The position numbers were made by a program, and so were the translations under genes. From Acidobacteriota bacterium (lineage in GTDB: Bacteria > Acidobacteriota > CAIWXX01): a stretch of 64,000 nt of DNA. The notes below the pieces were generated by a model. That model did no database searches, was not told where the DNA came from, and worked only from the letters and a program-made list of their open reading frames with translations. This document shows, piece after piece, positions 40,787 through 50,754 of the stretch. The stretch is taken from the NCBI GenBank assembly GCA_040755995.1, contig JBFMAF010000031.1:64001-128000 (forward strand). Reading direction: 5' to 3'. Position 1 is the stretch's first letter. Each line of letters starts with the position of its first letter.

Positions 40787-42220
40787 TCAGTCGGTGACCA
40801 GCAGGTCAGCCAGCAGCACGATCTTGTGGCCGCCCTGCGTGCGGAAATAGCGCGGGAGGCTCCCGGCCTCGCGCCGGGCATCCTTGGATGTCCGATACAG
40901 CCCCCAGCACACGTTGTAACACTTGCGGCCCTTGAACAGTGTCGAGAGCACGAACAGCGAGGGACTGGAATCGCCGTTTTCGAAGGCCGTCTGCACCGAC
41001 CTGGTCTCGCAGTCCGTCTCGAGTACCACCGTGTAATAGTTCAGGCCGGCCTTCAAGAGCCGCTCGCGGCTGATGTCCACCGCCCTGTCTATCTCGCCCG
41101 ACCCGACCGCTGCGAGCAACGGATCCAACTCCTCTCCAGCCGCCTCCTGCGTCTGGGGCACAGGCTGGGTCTGCGGCAGCTGCGGTTCCTGGAAGAAGGA
41201 CGGGGCCTCGGTGCGGACAGGCTCCCTGCGCAGCGTGGGTCCCCGCACCCAGTAGAGCACCCCGGCAACCACCGCCAGGGCTCCGACGAGAATCACGAGC
41301 AGCACGGGCAGTGAGAGATGCCGCCGGCGGTGCGCCGTGCGCGCCGCCTCTTCCTCGTTGGCGAGGAAGCTGATCGACCTCTGCACCGTGGCCTCCCGGC
41401 TCTCGGCGGCGGGGCCCGCGCCGGTCGATGGGCCGGACGTCCCGGCCGCGACCGCTGCCGCCGCCTTAAACGGGAGCTTCACCGTGCGCGATAACTCATC
41501 CGGCATCATTCGTCGCAGCGCGCCCGCCAGTTCCATCGCGTACAGGAACTTGCACACGTTGAAGTTGTCCTGCGACGAATTGCGGCAGATCTCCTCGACG
41601 GTACGCTCTCCATCCACGAGCTGCACCAGCGGCTGCAGCTCCTCGGGCGCATACGAAATGCTCGTGCTGAGCGCATCCCCCCCGATCGTCTCCAGCGCCA
41701 ACACGGCGTCCATCGGGAGCATCTTGGCGATCCAGTGCCGATCCTCGCACTGCATGACCGAATCGATGAGGACCGCGGGCGCGGCGAAAGCCGGGCCCTC
41801 CCATTCGATCCGCGAGGGCTGAAGGCGATACTGCCCCACTGCCGAAAGCGGTAGCATCGAAGCGATCACGCTGACCATCTGCGCGTTGGCGATGCCCTCC
41901 CATTCCCTCGGCGTGAGCAGCCCGGAGCGCACGAACGCCGTGCCCGCGTCTTCCTCCACGGGCTTGCGATCGAGCACCGCCGAGATCTGATCCTCGCTCA
42001 GCTTTCCGCTGGCCCGCAGAAACTCCTCGATAGTGTCCTCGACACGATCCGATGTGAGCCCTACGAGGTTGCCGTCCTTGAAGGTGATGATTCGCATCGA
42101 ATTGGGCTGGTCGAACTTGAGCGCGCCGGTGAATCGGGAGTTCCAGATGCGGAGCAGGAGGGCGGGAAGCCCGGCGCCTTCGAAGCTCCCCTGTTCCATT
42201 CCCGAGAGGATCGTAGACAT
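40787..42220 (-). CDS. DUF4388-like N-domain, single TM, SPOR-like C-terminal domain protein
   Basis: G......LP.LL..I.....TG.L N-terminus, one hydrophobic helix, C-terminal CY.VCWG.Y.T...A. Confidence 0.7.
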   Translation of the reverse strand: MSTILSGMEQGSFEGAGLPALLLRIWNSRFTGALKFDQPNSMRIITFKDGNLVGLTSDRVEDTIEEFLRASGKLSEDQISAVLDRKPVEEDAGTAFVRSGLLTPREWEGIANAQMVSVIASMLPLSAVGQYRLQPSRIEWEGPAFAAPAVLIDSVMQCEDRHWIAKMLPMDAVLALETIGGDALSTSISYAPEELQPLVQLVDGERTVEEICRNSSQDNFNVCKFLYAMELAGALRRMMPDELSRTVKLPFKAAAAVAAGTSGPSTGAGPAAESREATVQRSISFLANEEEAARTAHRRRHLSLPVLLVILVGALAVVAGVLYWVRGPTLRREPVRTEAPSFFQEPQLPQTQPVPQTQEAAGEELDPLLAAVGSGEIDRAVDISRERLLKAGLNYYTVVLETDCETRSVQTAFENGDSSPSLFVLSTLFKGRKCYNVCWGLYRTSKDARREAGSLPRYFRTQGGHKIVLLADLLVTD

Positions 42221-42410
42221 GACTAGCGCGGCACTACCGCGGAGCGATGAAGCATGACCCGCTCCACCGTACCCAGGCCGGAGGCCTGTACCCGTACGCG
42301 TACCCGATCGGGACCGTGAACGGGAAGGGGTATGGGTCCGGATTCAGGCCAATGACTCGCCGCTCCACCACACCTACTCAATCGCAACATGTTCCTCGTC
42401 TCAAGCAATT

Positions 42411-44774
42411 CTACGGCTCCCGGCGCGCTCCAACAGCCTCGGCCGTGCCGGCCTGCGCTCGGGCCTTCGGCGCAAGCCCGGGGTAGATGGCCCGGTACCG
42501 GTAGTAGTCCGTCAAGATCCGGACGATGTAGTTGCGCGTCTCGGGATAGTTGACCTCGGTCAAGTATTGGTGGATCTCGCTGGTGCCCGCCATTCGCAGC
42601 CACAGCTTGCCCTGTTCCTCCCCGGCGTTGTAGGAGGCCAGCACGGGAGCGATCGCGTTGGAGAACTGCCGGGAGAGCTTGGAGACGTAGTAGGCACCGA
42701 GCCGGATCGAGAGATCCGGGTCATAGAGATCATCTTCGTGCAGGCTCCCACCCCCCAGCTCGCTCTGCACCTGCGAGGCTGTGCTCGGGATGAACTGGAG
42801 CAGCCCGCGGGCCCCCGCGCTGCTCCGGGCAAACGTGTTGAACCGGCTCTCCTGCCGGATCAGCGAGTAGAAGAGATAAAGGTCCAGGTCGGCGGCCGCC
42901 GCCTTATCTACGATTGTAGTAAAGTTCAGCGGGTAGAGAAGCTCCTTCAACCTTGCCGGCAACAGGTCGAATTCGAAGTCTCGGGGAAGCAGGTCGATGA
43001 GCGATTCCGTACGCAGCATCGCCATGTAGGCGGTCCCGCCGCGCTGGTAGTAGTCGGCGATAGAGAAGAGGGCCGGAAGCGATACCAGCCTCCCGTGACG
43101 GGCCGCGTCCATTTCGCGGGCCGCGTCCGCATAGCATCCCAGGTAGGTGAGCTCCCCGGCCGTGCTTCGATCTCCGGTCTTCCGCGCGTCGATGATTGTG
43201 CCTCGCGGTGGAAGGGTCGAGAGGTCGAGGAAGTCGCGGTACTTCGGGAGGCGCGCATAGACGTCCCGCAGCCTCTGAATCGTTGTTTCGCGCCGCGAGG
43301 GGTATCTGTGGAGGAGGTACGACAGGAGCTTCCTGCTCTCTTCGAGCCGTCCCGAGGCCAGGTGGGCCTCGGCGCGGCCCAGCTCCTGGTCGTATCCGTT
43401 CGAGAACGATGCCAGCGACGCTTCTGCCAGTCTCTCCCCCGCCAGCGTGGCATAGAAGCTGGACGGGTAGAGCCGGATGATCGCGTCGCAGGCGGAGACG
43501 GCTTCGCCGAGGTTTCCCATTCGCTGGCAGGTCCAGGCCTTCCAGTAGAGGATCTCAGCGCGACGCGACGCGGGCTCGGCTTCCAGCAGCGCGTCCAGCT
43601 GCACCACCACGTCGGCCAGCTTGCCTTCGGCGGCCAGCGTTCTCACGGCCCTGAACTTCATGTAGTAGAACATGGACCTGTGACGACCGAGGATCTCTCT
43701 CGCGGTCGCGAGAGCGCGTTCCCTCTGCCCGGACAGTTCCTGGCAGCTGAGTATCCGCAGCCTCACGGACAGATCGTTCTGCGGGGACGGCGCGAGCGGG
43801 AGCGCGCGCTGGTAGCGCTCTTCGGCGCGCAAGAAGTCCTGGCGCTTGTAGAGGATCTCGCCCTGGAACCACACCGCCCAGAACCTGTAGGTCCCGCGCA
43901 GAGTCCCCTCGGCATCCTCGAACCAGGCCAGTGCATCGGCCTTCTTGCCGGAGCTGTCGAGCGACCGGCCGATGGCGTAGATCAGGTCGTCGGAGGACTG
44001 GCCGCGGTCGTCGTAAAGGATGCGGTAGTAGAAAAGGGCGCGTTCGAAGTTGCGGTTAGCGTAATACAGATCGGCGCGTCGTTCGAGGTCGTCGTTGGAC
44101 AGCCGCGCAAGATCCTCCTCGGTCTCGTCGAGCTCGATGAGGCCCAGGGCCTTGAGCACCCCGTCCGACTTGCTCCTGCGCCGCATTGCGTCATTCACCA
44201 GGCGATGGGCCTCGACGACCCTGTCCAGCCGCGCCAGGCATCGCACGCGCTCGTACAGCAGGTCGCGGCCCGCGAGCGTCCTCGACGTGAGCCCGGCGAG
44301 CGCCTTCTCGTAAGCTCCGTCTTCGAGCAGGCTGAGGGCGTGTTCATAGGCCGCCTGCGGTGCGAGAAGGCTCGTGGGGCGGCTGAGGACGAGCTCCAGG
44401 TACACGCGCTGTTCGGCCCGCTTTCCGGCTTCCTTCTCCATCTGCGCGAGCTGCCAGGCCGCGTACTCGGAGAGCTCGCGCGATTCCAGCGCCGCCGTGA
44501 AGTACCGCCGGGCGGTTTCGCGCTGCCCGAGGCGGTCCGTGACGATCCCGGCCAGGTAGGGATAGTTGTTGGCGCGAAAGAGCTGAGCGTCCGTGCGCTC
44601 CAGTTCCTGCAGCGCATACGCGGCCTTGGCGTCGTCGCCCGAGCGGACGAAGACCTCGATCTGCCCTGCCAGCGTCTCGAACTTGATCTGGTCCGCGCGC
44701 ATGGTGGCGGCGAAGATCAGGAGCAACATGGCCGGCTGTGCAGCTGCCCGGACAAACCTCTGCAGCGGCCTCAT
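42411..44774 (-). CDS. TPR-containing soluble lytic transglycosylase (Slt-like)
   Basis: IRQESRF, SSAGARGLLQF, ASYNAG, ETRNY motifs after TPR repeats. Confidence 0.92.
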   Translation of the reverse strand: MRPLQRFVRAAAQPAMLLLIFAATMRADQIKFETLAGQIEVFVRSGDDAKAAYALQELERTDAQLFRANNYPYLAGIVTDRLGQRETARRYFTAALESRELSEYAAWQLAQMEKEAGKRAEQRVYLELVLSRPTSLLAPQAAYEHALSLLEDGAYEKALAGLTSRTLAGRDLLYERVRCLARLDRVVEAHRLVNDAMRRRSKSDGVLKALGLIELDETEEDLARLSNDDLERRADLYYANRNFERALFYYRILYDDRGQSSDDLIYAIGRSLDSSGKKADALAWFEDAEGTLRGTYRFWAVWFQGEILYKRQDFLRAEERYQRALPLAPSPQNDLSVRLRILSCQELSGQRERALATAREILGRHRSMFYYMKFRAVRTLAAEGKLADVVVQLDALLEAEPASRRAEILYWKAWTCQRMGNLGEAVSACDAIIRLYPSSFYATLAGERLAEASLASFSNGYDQELGRAEAHLASGRLEESRKLLSYLLHRYPSRRETTIQRLRDVYARLPKYRDFLDLSTLPPRGTIIDARKTGDRSTAGELTYLGCYADAAREMDAARHGRLVSLPALFSIADYYQRGGTAYMAMLRTESLIDLLPRDFEFDLLPARLKELLYPLNFTTIVDKAAAADLDLYLFYSLIRQESRFNTFARSSAGARGLLQFIPSTASQVQSELGGGSLHEDDLYDPDLSIRLGAYYVSKLSRQFSNAIAPVLASYNAGEEQGKLWLRMAGTSEIHQYLTEVNYPETRNYIVRILTDYYRYRAIYPGLAPKARAQAGTAEAVGARREP

Positions 44775-45095
44775 CCCCGATCCTCCGCTATATCCTCTCA
44801 CAGTACTTCGGCCCAGATCATCCCAATCATCTTGATGCACTCTGGTCTGCGGACATGGTCCGTCAACCAGAACCAGCGACGAACACTAATTATACCGTCC
44901 GCGAAACACCCCACACAATCGGATCGCCAGAAACATCATCCGGGCGCGCCAGCGCCGATTTCGAGACAACATGCTGTCGCCGGACGATCGGCGGCGTCCG
45001 CAGGCCAGGCTGGCGCGTTTTTCTCCTTTCGGATGTCGCATGCCGGACCGAACGCCGGCAGCTCGGAGCGAATCCGAATTCCGGAAGCCGAAATT

Positions 45096-46016
45096 CTAGG
45101 TCTCTCTCACCGCCCCGAGTATCTCCCGAACGGTGCGATCGGCCTCCGTCGAAGCGACCTGGCAGGTGCCTGCGCCTCGGTGCCCGCCTCCGCCGTATCG
45201 CGCCATCAATGCGCCAACGTCGGTCTTGGAGGTTCGGTTGAAGATGTTGTGGCCGACCTGAATGGATACCTTCTCGCCGCCTTTGACGGCTGCAAGGCGG
45301 ACCGAGATGTTGGTGGCGCCTGCGCCCGGCAGCGTGTACACCAGGAATCGGTTGGCGGGGGGAATGTTCGCAACGCTTCTCAGGTCCGTGATCAGCATGT
45401 TCCCTTCAATCCTGCTCTGGCCGCCGTACACTCGTCGCGCCTCCGCATCCAGCGCCTTGTAGCGTTCCACCCGCTCTTTCACGTCCGGCATTTCGAGGAT
45501 CTCCTTGGCCGAGTGCCGGAGCAGCAGACCGGGCATCATGTCCGTCAGCTGCTTGTTGCTGATCCTATAGTTGTGCTCGAAGCCAAGCCCCGTTCTGGGG
45601 TCGACCAGAAAGACCAACAGCATTTCGGGCGACGGGCGGAGGACGTCGTCGAGCGTGAGATTGGCGCTGTCGAAGCGATCCACGACCTCAAGGAGAGGCT
45701 GGAATCGCTGGAGCTCCGGATGATCGCCCAGAAAGTAATCATAGACAAGCCGCGCGGCGCTGGGCGCCAGGCCATAACGCCCCTTGAACTGCGCCGGCTG
45801 CCTCCCCGGGGCCTCCTCGCTGCTGTGGTGGTCGAACCACATCGCACAGCCCTCCACATACGGTAGGTTGCACACAACGTCATCCGGCGTGATCGCAAAC
45901 ACGCCGTCCTGTACGTCCTTCGGATGAGCCTGGACGACGTTGTCTATGAGCCCCGCCGCTTTGAGAAGCACAGCGCACATGATCCCGTCCACATCGCCAC
46001 GAGTGACAAGCCGCAT
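45096..46016 (-). CDS. DHH-family phosphoesterase (exopolyphosphatase-like)
   Basis: RLVTR.D.DG, FDHH, GGGH..AG motifs. Confidence 0.88.
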   Translation of the reverse strand: MRLVTRGDVDGIMCAVLLKAAGLIDNVVQAHPKDVQDGVFAITPDDVVCNLPYVEGCAMWFDHHSSEEAPGRQPAQFKGRYGLAPSAARLVYDYFLGDHPELQRFQPLLEVVDRFDSANLTLDDVLRPSPEMLLVFLVDPRTGLGFEHNYRISNKQLTDMMPGLLLRHSAKEILEMPDVKERVERYKALDAEARRVYGGQSRIEGNMLITDLRSVANIPPANRFLVYTLPGAGATNISVRLAAVKGGEKVSIQVGHNIFNRTSKTDVGALMARYGGGGHRGAGTCQVASTEADRTVREILGAVRET

Positions 46017-46361
46017 GGGTACCTCCTTCTTGATTTCACGAACAGGCTGTCGCGCGCCGCAGGGCGCGCGAGATATCCCGGATCATGAGGACAGGGTAGC
46101 AACGGCGGGGGAGCAAGTCAATGCAAAATGCAAAATGGCCGGACCCCAGTGCAGGCGCTGGGCCGTGCTATCTGCGTGATGCGGCGGAATCTGCGCGATC
46201 TGCGGATTCGCGCGCTGTCACTCCCGGTTGTGCCGTCGCATTCGGCGGATGCACCAGACGAGCCGGCGAGTCCAGGTTTCTTGTGCGGCCGCCGCTTTCT
46301 GCATAGAATGTCCCGCGGTGATGAGAAGTCCGGAAGGGGTGCTTTCCAGGGGGTCTGCTGC

Positions 46362-47171
46362 ATGGCGAGAATCATCACGGTAGCGAGCCAGAAGGGCGGC
46401 GTGGGCAAGACCACCACCGCTTTGAACCTGGGGTTCAGCTTGAGTCGACTGGGCCAGCGCGTGCTGGTCGTAGACGCGGACCCGCAGGGCGGTATGGCAA
46501 TCGCCAGCAATCTGAGCAGAAGAACGTCGCTCGGCCTCGTCCAGATCATCAGGCGAACGGCATCGCCGAAGGACGTCCTGGCCTACACGCGCGACAGGCA
46601 GATGGCGGCGATCGGCACGGGACTTTCCGACCCCGATGAAGTCGTGTTCTTCGAGGACGCCGCGAGGAGCGGCGCACTTGGAGCCAAGATTCTCGTGCTC
46701 TCCGCGGGATTCGACTACGCCGTGCTGGATGCGCCGGCGGGGGTGGGGAGCATCGTCCAGGCGCTGTTGCACGTGAGCGACGGTGTCGTTCTGGTAGTCC
46801 GGTGCCAGAACATCCTGCTCAAGAGTCTTCCGGTCTTCTTGCGGCTTGTGCAGCGCGTCAGAAAGACGAGGAATCCAAAGCTCCGGATGGACGGCGCTGT
46901 CGTGACGATGTTCGACGACCGCGATCCGGCCGAGGCCCAGTTCTGCGAAGAATTCACCGGCAGTCTCCCCGAAACAGTGTTTCTGAAGACGCGAATCCGA
47001 TTCGATCCGGTCTTCGAAAGGGCGAGTGTCAAAGCGGTTCCGGTGGCAATGATGCCGGGGGCCGACGCTGCCGCTCGCTCGTACCTGGACCTCGCTTTCG
47101 AGCTTCGGGAGAGAGACATGCGACGCATGGCAGAAGGAGGAACCCATGAGCCCACTGAAGGACTCTTCTGA
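46362..47171 (+). CDS. ParA/MinD-family ATPase (orphan)
   Basis: SQKGGVGKTTT deviant Walker A, VDADPQG, LDAPAG. Confidence 0.92.
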   Translation: MARIITVASQKGGVGKTTTALNLGFSLSRLGQRVLVVDADPQGGMAIASNLSRRTSLGLVQIIRRTASPKDVLAYTRDRQMAAIGTGLSDPDEVVFFEDAARSGALGAKILVLSAGFDYAVLDAPAGVGSIVQALLHVSDGVVLVVRCQNILLKSLPVFLRLVQRVRKTRNPKLRMDGAVVTMFDDRDPAEAQFCEEFTGSLPETVFLKTRIRFDPVFERASVKAVPVAMMPGADAAARSYLDLAFELRERDMRRMAEGGTHEPTEGLF

Positions 47172-47697
47172 AATCCAGGAGGCGATCCGGCTGCTGAGGG
47201 AGATCTCGGAGGAGAGCGAGCGGTCGAGGACCGGCGCTCCGTGGGAGGCCCAGCGGCCTCCCTTTCCCGCGGCACGAGATGCTGAAGATGTCGAAATAGA
47301 AAGACGCGGGGTCGATGAGAGACACCTGGGCGAAATGGACGAAGTGCGAACCGCTGTGATGCAGCTCGCGCACGAGGGGGCGGTATTGGCGCCGGCACCG
47401 CAGGCCCCGACCTCAGATACTGTGACCAGCGAGCCCGCGCCGGAGACGCGCCAGGAAGCGCCGGCGGGTACTCCGCTGGAGGCTCCTTTCCCGGCCATTG
47501 CCGCGACCGGGTCGGCCGTCGAGCCGGTAGCTGATCGACCTGCTGCCGATGAGAAGGCAGTCGATGAGTCGCACGAGGGCGAGCCGCAGCCGCCCTGGGT
47601 CGGAATGGTTGAGGCCCGTGCTGAATCGGCAGTCCAGTCGCCTACGTGGCCAGCCTTTGAAGAGGGGCCTCCCGGCGGTACAGCCGAGGTGTATTAG
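47146..47697 (+). CDS. Acidic Pro/Ala/Glu-rich hypothetical protein overlapping parA
   Basis: GAAGGAGG RBS, 26 bp overlap with the parA end, short N-terminal helix then low complexity. Confidence 0.6.
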   Translation: MSPLKDSSEIQEAIRLLREISEESERSRTGAPWEAQRPPFPAARDAEDVEIERRGVDERHLGEMDEVRTAVMQLAHEGAVLAPAPQAPTSDTVTSEPAPETRQEAPAGTPLEAPFPAIAATGSAVEPVADRPAADEKAVDESHEGEPQPPWVGMVEARAESAVQSPTWPAFEEGPPGGTAEVY

Positions 47698-47818
47698 CAG
47701 GTATCTCAGGACCGATGGTTCGACCGCGGAGCCTCGAAGTGTGGCGCGCCGATGGTGTCAGGCGGCCGCCCGGACGGCGTACTTATGGGGGCGAGAGAAG
47801 GTGCTTGCGGAGCGTAGG

Positions 47819-48664
47819 ATGTACAAGCGTGTAATCGAAGGGGTGCGCGCGACGTTTCGGAGGCGGCATCCGATCGCCGATGGTAGAGGTACGCTGGTGT
47901 TGATCGGTGGGGCCGAAGACCGGAGTCGAAGCGGCCAGGTGATGAGCCGGCTCGTCGAGATCGCCAGGCCGAAGAGCGTCGCGGTCATTCCCACCGCCAC
48001 CTCGCAGCCGTCCGAGCTCGGGCGTGAGTATCGGAACGCGTTCGTCGACCTGGGAGTCGGCGAGGTCACGGTCCTGCAGGTCCAACACCCTGATCAGGCC
48101 GACCGCCAGGAGAATCTGCAGGCGGTCGAGGAGGCAGAGCTGATCTTCTTCACTGGCGGGAACCAGTTCAAGCTGGTCGAGGCGCTGAAGGGTACGGCGT
48201 TGCTCGACAGGGTTTTCAAGAAATACCACGAGGGTGCCACCATTGCGGGCACCAGCGCCGGCGCTGCCTCGGCCGGAGAGTTCATGATCGCCAACGGTGA
48301 CAATCACGGATTGGACAAGGGATCTGTCCGCTGCGAGAAGGGATTCGGTTTCCTGGAAAAAACCGTAGTGGACACGCACTTTGTCGAGCGCGGCCGGATT
48401 CACCGGCTGGCGCAGGTGCTGTCGAGCGGCATCGTCCGGCGAGGAATCGGACTCGCGGAGGACACAGCGGTCGTGGTTCACGCTGGAGCGTCGTTCGACG
48501 TCATCGGTGCGGGCTTCGTGACTGTGTTGAACAGCGAGGCGCTCTCGTTCTCCAACTATGATCAGGTCGGCGACCGCGAGCGACTCGCCGTCGATGGGAT
48601 CCGCGTCGGCTTCCTGCCACCAGGCGTGTCCTTCGACTTGACGGCCTGGTCGATCACATCGTGA
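47819..48664 (+). CDS. cphB: Cyanophycinase
   Basis: IGGAED, VIPTA, FTGGNQ, GTSAGA, DTHF.ERGR..RL, G.GL.EDT motifs. Confidence 0.93.
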   Translation: MYKRVIEGVRATFRRRHPIADGRGTLVLIGGAEDRSRSGQVMSRLVEIARPKSVAVIPTATSQPSELGREYRNAFVDLGVGEVTVLQVQHPDQADRQENLQAVEEAELIFFTGGNQFKLVEALKGTALLDRVFKKYHEGATIAGTSAGAASAGEFMIANGDNHGLDKGSVRCEKGFGFLEKTVVDTHFVERGRIHRLAQVLSSGIVRRGIGLAEDTAVVVHAGASFDVIGAGFVTVLNSEALSFSNYDQVGDRERLAVDGIRVGFLPPGVSFDLTAWSITS

Positions 48665-48837
48665 GACGCGGAGACGCGAGGAAATTGGGCCACGTTGGGG
48701 TCTCCGCGTCCGCTGCGAGGCCCGCCCCTTCGGCCTCGCCGCCGCTAAGACTCGGCGAGCCGCGTCAACACCCGGCCACCTCGACCCGTGGCTATCAGCC
48801 ATTCCAGCCCCTATAGTATATTTTCGATGGAGGTTGC

Positions 48838-50724
48838 ATGAGATACTACGAAATACGGAATCTTCGCTCGTTCTCCGGCCCGAACTACTACCTCGATTCA
48901 CCGGCGATAGTCTTCGACTTGGATATCGATCATGGCGGCCCCTTCGAGGCTTTGAGGGAAAGCGCCGTGGATCGCTTCCCTGTGCTCCGTTCCAGAACCA
49001 TCGAAACCCCGGCGGATCTTTTCGCGTTGACGCTGCTACAGGTCATCAGGCTCGACCTCGACCTCTTCGTCAGCAAATCCGCGGTCCACGTGATCGACGG
49101 AGCGGCCCGGATCGCAGCTGAGTACATCGATGAGGGTGTGGCCAAGGAGGCCGCGTATCTGGTCAGAGACTGGCTGTCCGCAGTCGCCGAGAAGAAGCCG
49201 TTCGACTTCGAGGGCAACATGCAAGGACTCCAGACCGATTTCGACAAGACGTTGTATGGCGGCCCGACTCTTTACTCCCTCCTCGAGGCCGCGATGAAGC
49301 GCTCGATACCGGTGCACTACCTGTTCGAAGAGAATCAGTTCCAGTGGGGATACGGCAAGAAACAGCTCCGGGGCCGATCCACCACCTTCCACACCGACGG
49401 CATCAAAGACACCGAATTCACCACCTACAAGGACATGGTCAAGGATTTCCTGCAGATGTGCGGATTCCCGACGCCCATCGGCAGGAACTGCTACTCGCTG
49501 AAGGAGGCTCTGGCGCAGGCGGAGCAGCTCGGCTTTCCGGTTGTCGTGAAGCCGGTGGCCGGGCACAAGGGGCAGGGCGTCACGACGAACGTCCGTTCGA
49601 TGGACGAGCTCCGCAGCGCCTACCAGGCCGCCGAGCAATCGGCGCGGCAGGAGAAGGGGCACAATGACGGCGTAATCGTCGAGCAACAGATCGAGGGGAC
49701 CGACCACCGCCTCCTGGCTGTGAACGGCAAGTTCCTCGCCGCCCTCCAGCGCATCCCAGCATATGTTGACGGCAACGGCCACGACACGATCGAAACGTTG
49801 ATCGAGCGCGAGAACGCGACGTCGGCCCGCGTCGACAATGCGCGATCGCCGCTTTGCAAGATCAAGACAGACGAGAATCTGATCGAGTTCCTGAAGCTAC
49901 AGCGGCTCTCGCTCCGCTCCGTGCCCAAGCCGGGCGAGCGCATCTTCCTGCGCCGCGTCGCGAATATCTCAGCCGGCGGTGTCTCGATCAACGTCACCAG
50001 CAAGGTCCACCCGAAGAACGTGAAACTCGTCGAAGACATCGCTAGCTTCTTCAACCTGACGGCTCTCGGCATCGACGTGCTCGCGGGCGACATCAGCAAG
50101 CCGTGGACCGACGGGGATTTCGGAATCATCGAGATCAACGCCGCGCCCGGCGTCTTCATGCACCTCACGCCCGCAATCGGAGACCCGCTCGACATCCCCG
50201 CGGCGATCTTGCGATCGCACTTCCCCAAAGACGGGTCCGAGCGAATACCCATCGTTACCGGCAACAGGCTCTCGCTCAATTTCAGCCAGATGCTCTTCCG
50301 TGAGCTCCGCGCGATCCGGCCGGGCATTCAATTCGCGAGCCTCACGGAAGAGGGAATCCTTTTCAACGGCGAGTTCTTCTTCAAGAACCCGGTGCACGCG
50401 CAGAACGTCAAGATCATGCTTCGCCACCCGAAGCTCGATCTGGCCCTGTTCACACATCGCCGCGACGACATACTGGATTCGGGGATGCTCCATCGGGGGG
50501 CCGATCTCGTCATCCTGGAGGCTCCTGATAAAGAAGAGGAGGTCCTGAGACGAGACCTGCTGCCGGGAGGCATCCTCGTGGAGCTTGGAGGGCCGGAGAT
50601 CGTGATCACACGTGACGGACAGGCGCTGGGCTCTCGACCAATCGCCGGCGGCGAAGACAAGGACGGCGCGCTGCTCGACGCCTTGAAGCCGGCGTTGCCC
50701 GGGCTCGTCTCCAAGTACGACTGA
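48838..50724 (+). CDS. cphA2: CphA2-like cyanophycin synthetase (ATP-grasp intact, Mur-ligase domain vestigial)
   Basis: 628 aa. YGGPT.Y.LL, VKPVAGHKGQGV, DHRLL, ANISAGG, IEINAAPG present. No GTNGKT P-loop (VTGNR) and no DYAHN. Confidence 0.82.
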   Translation: MRYYEIRNLRSFSGPNYYLDSPAIVFDLDIDHGGPFEALRESAVDRFPVLRSRTIETPADLFALTLLQVIRLDLDLFVSKSAVHVIDGAARIAAEYIDEGVAKEAAYLVRDWLSAVAEKKPFDFEGNMQGLQTDFDKTLYGGPTLYSLLEAAMKRSIPVHYLFEENQFQWGYGKKQLRGRSTTFHTDGIKDTEFTTYKDMVKDFLQMCGFPTPIGRNCYSLKEALAQAEQLGFPVVVKPVAGHKGQGVTTNVRSMDELRSAYQAAEQSARQEKGHNDGVIVEQQIEGTDHRLLAVNGKFLAALQRIPAYVDGNGHDTIETLIERENATSARVDNARSPLCKIKTDENLIEFLKLQRLSLRSVPKPGERIFLRRVANISAGGVSINVTSKVHPKNVKLVEDIASFFNLTALGIDVLAGDISKPWTDGDFGIIEINAAPGVFMHLTPAIGDPLDIPAAILRSHFPKDGSERIPIVTGNRLSLNFSQMLFRELRAIRPGIQFASLTEEGILFNGEFFFKNPVHAQNVKIMLRHPKLDLALFTHRRDDILDSGMLHRGADLVILEAPDKEEEVLRRDLLPGGILVELGGPEIVITRDGQALGSRPIAGGEDKDGALLDALKPALPGLVSKYD

Positions 50725-50754
50725 CCCGGCCTGAAGGTGAAAGGAAACGTAACT

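Noticed and set aside
42567..45866. 1099-aa plus-strand ORF
   Set aside because: Antisense shadow of the lytic transglycosylase and DHH genes with no motifs; such ORFs are expected at high GC. The same applies to 5471-6838, 25703-27040 and 33715-34956.
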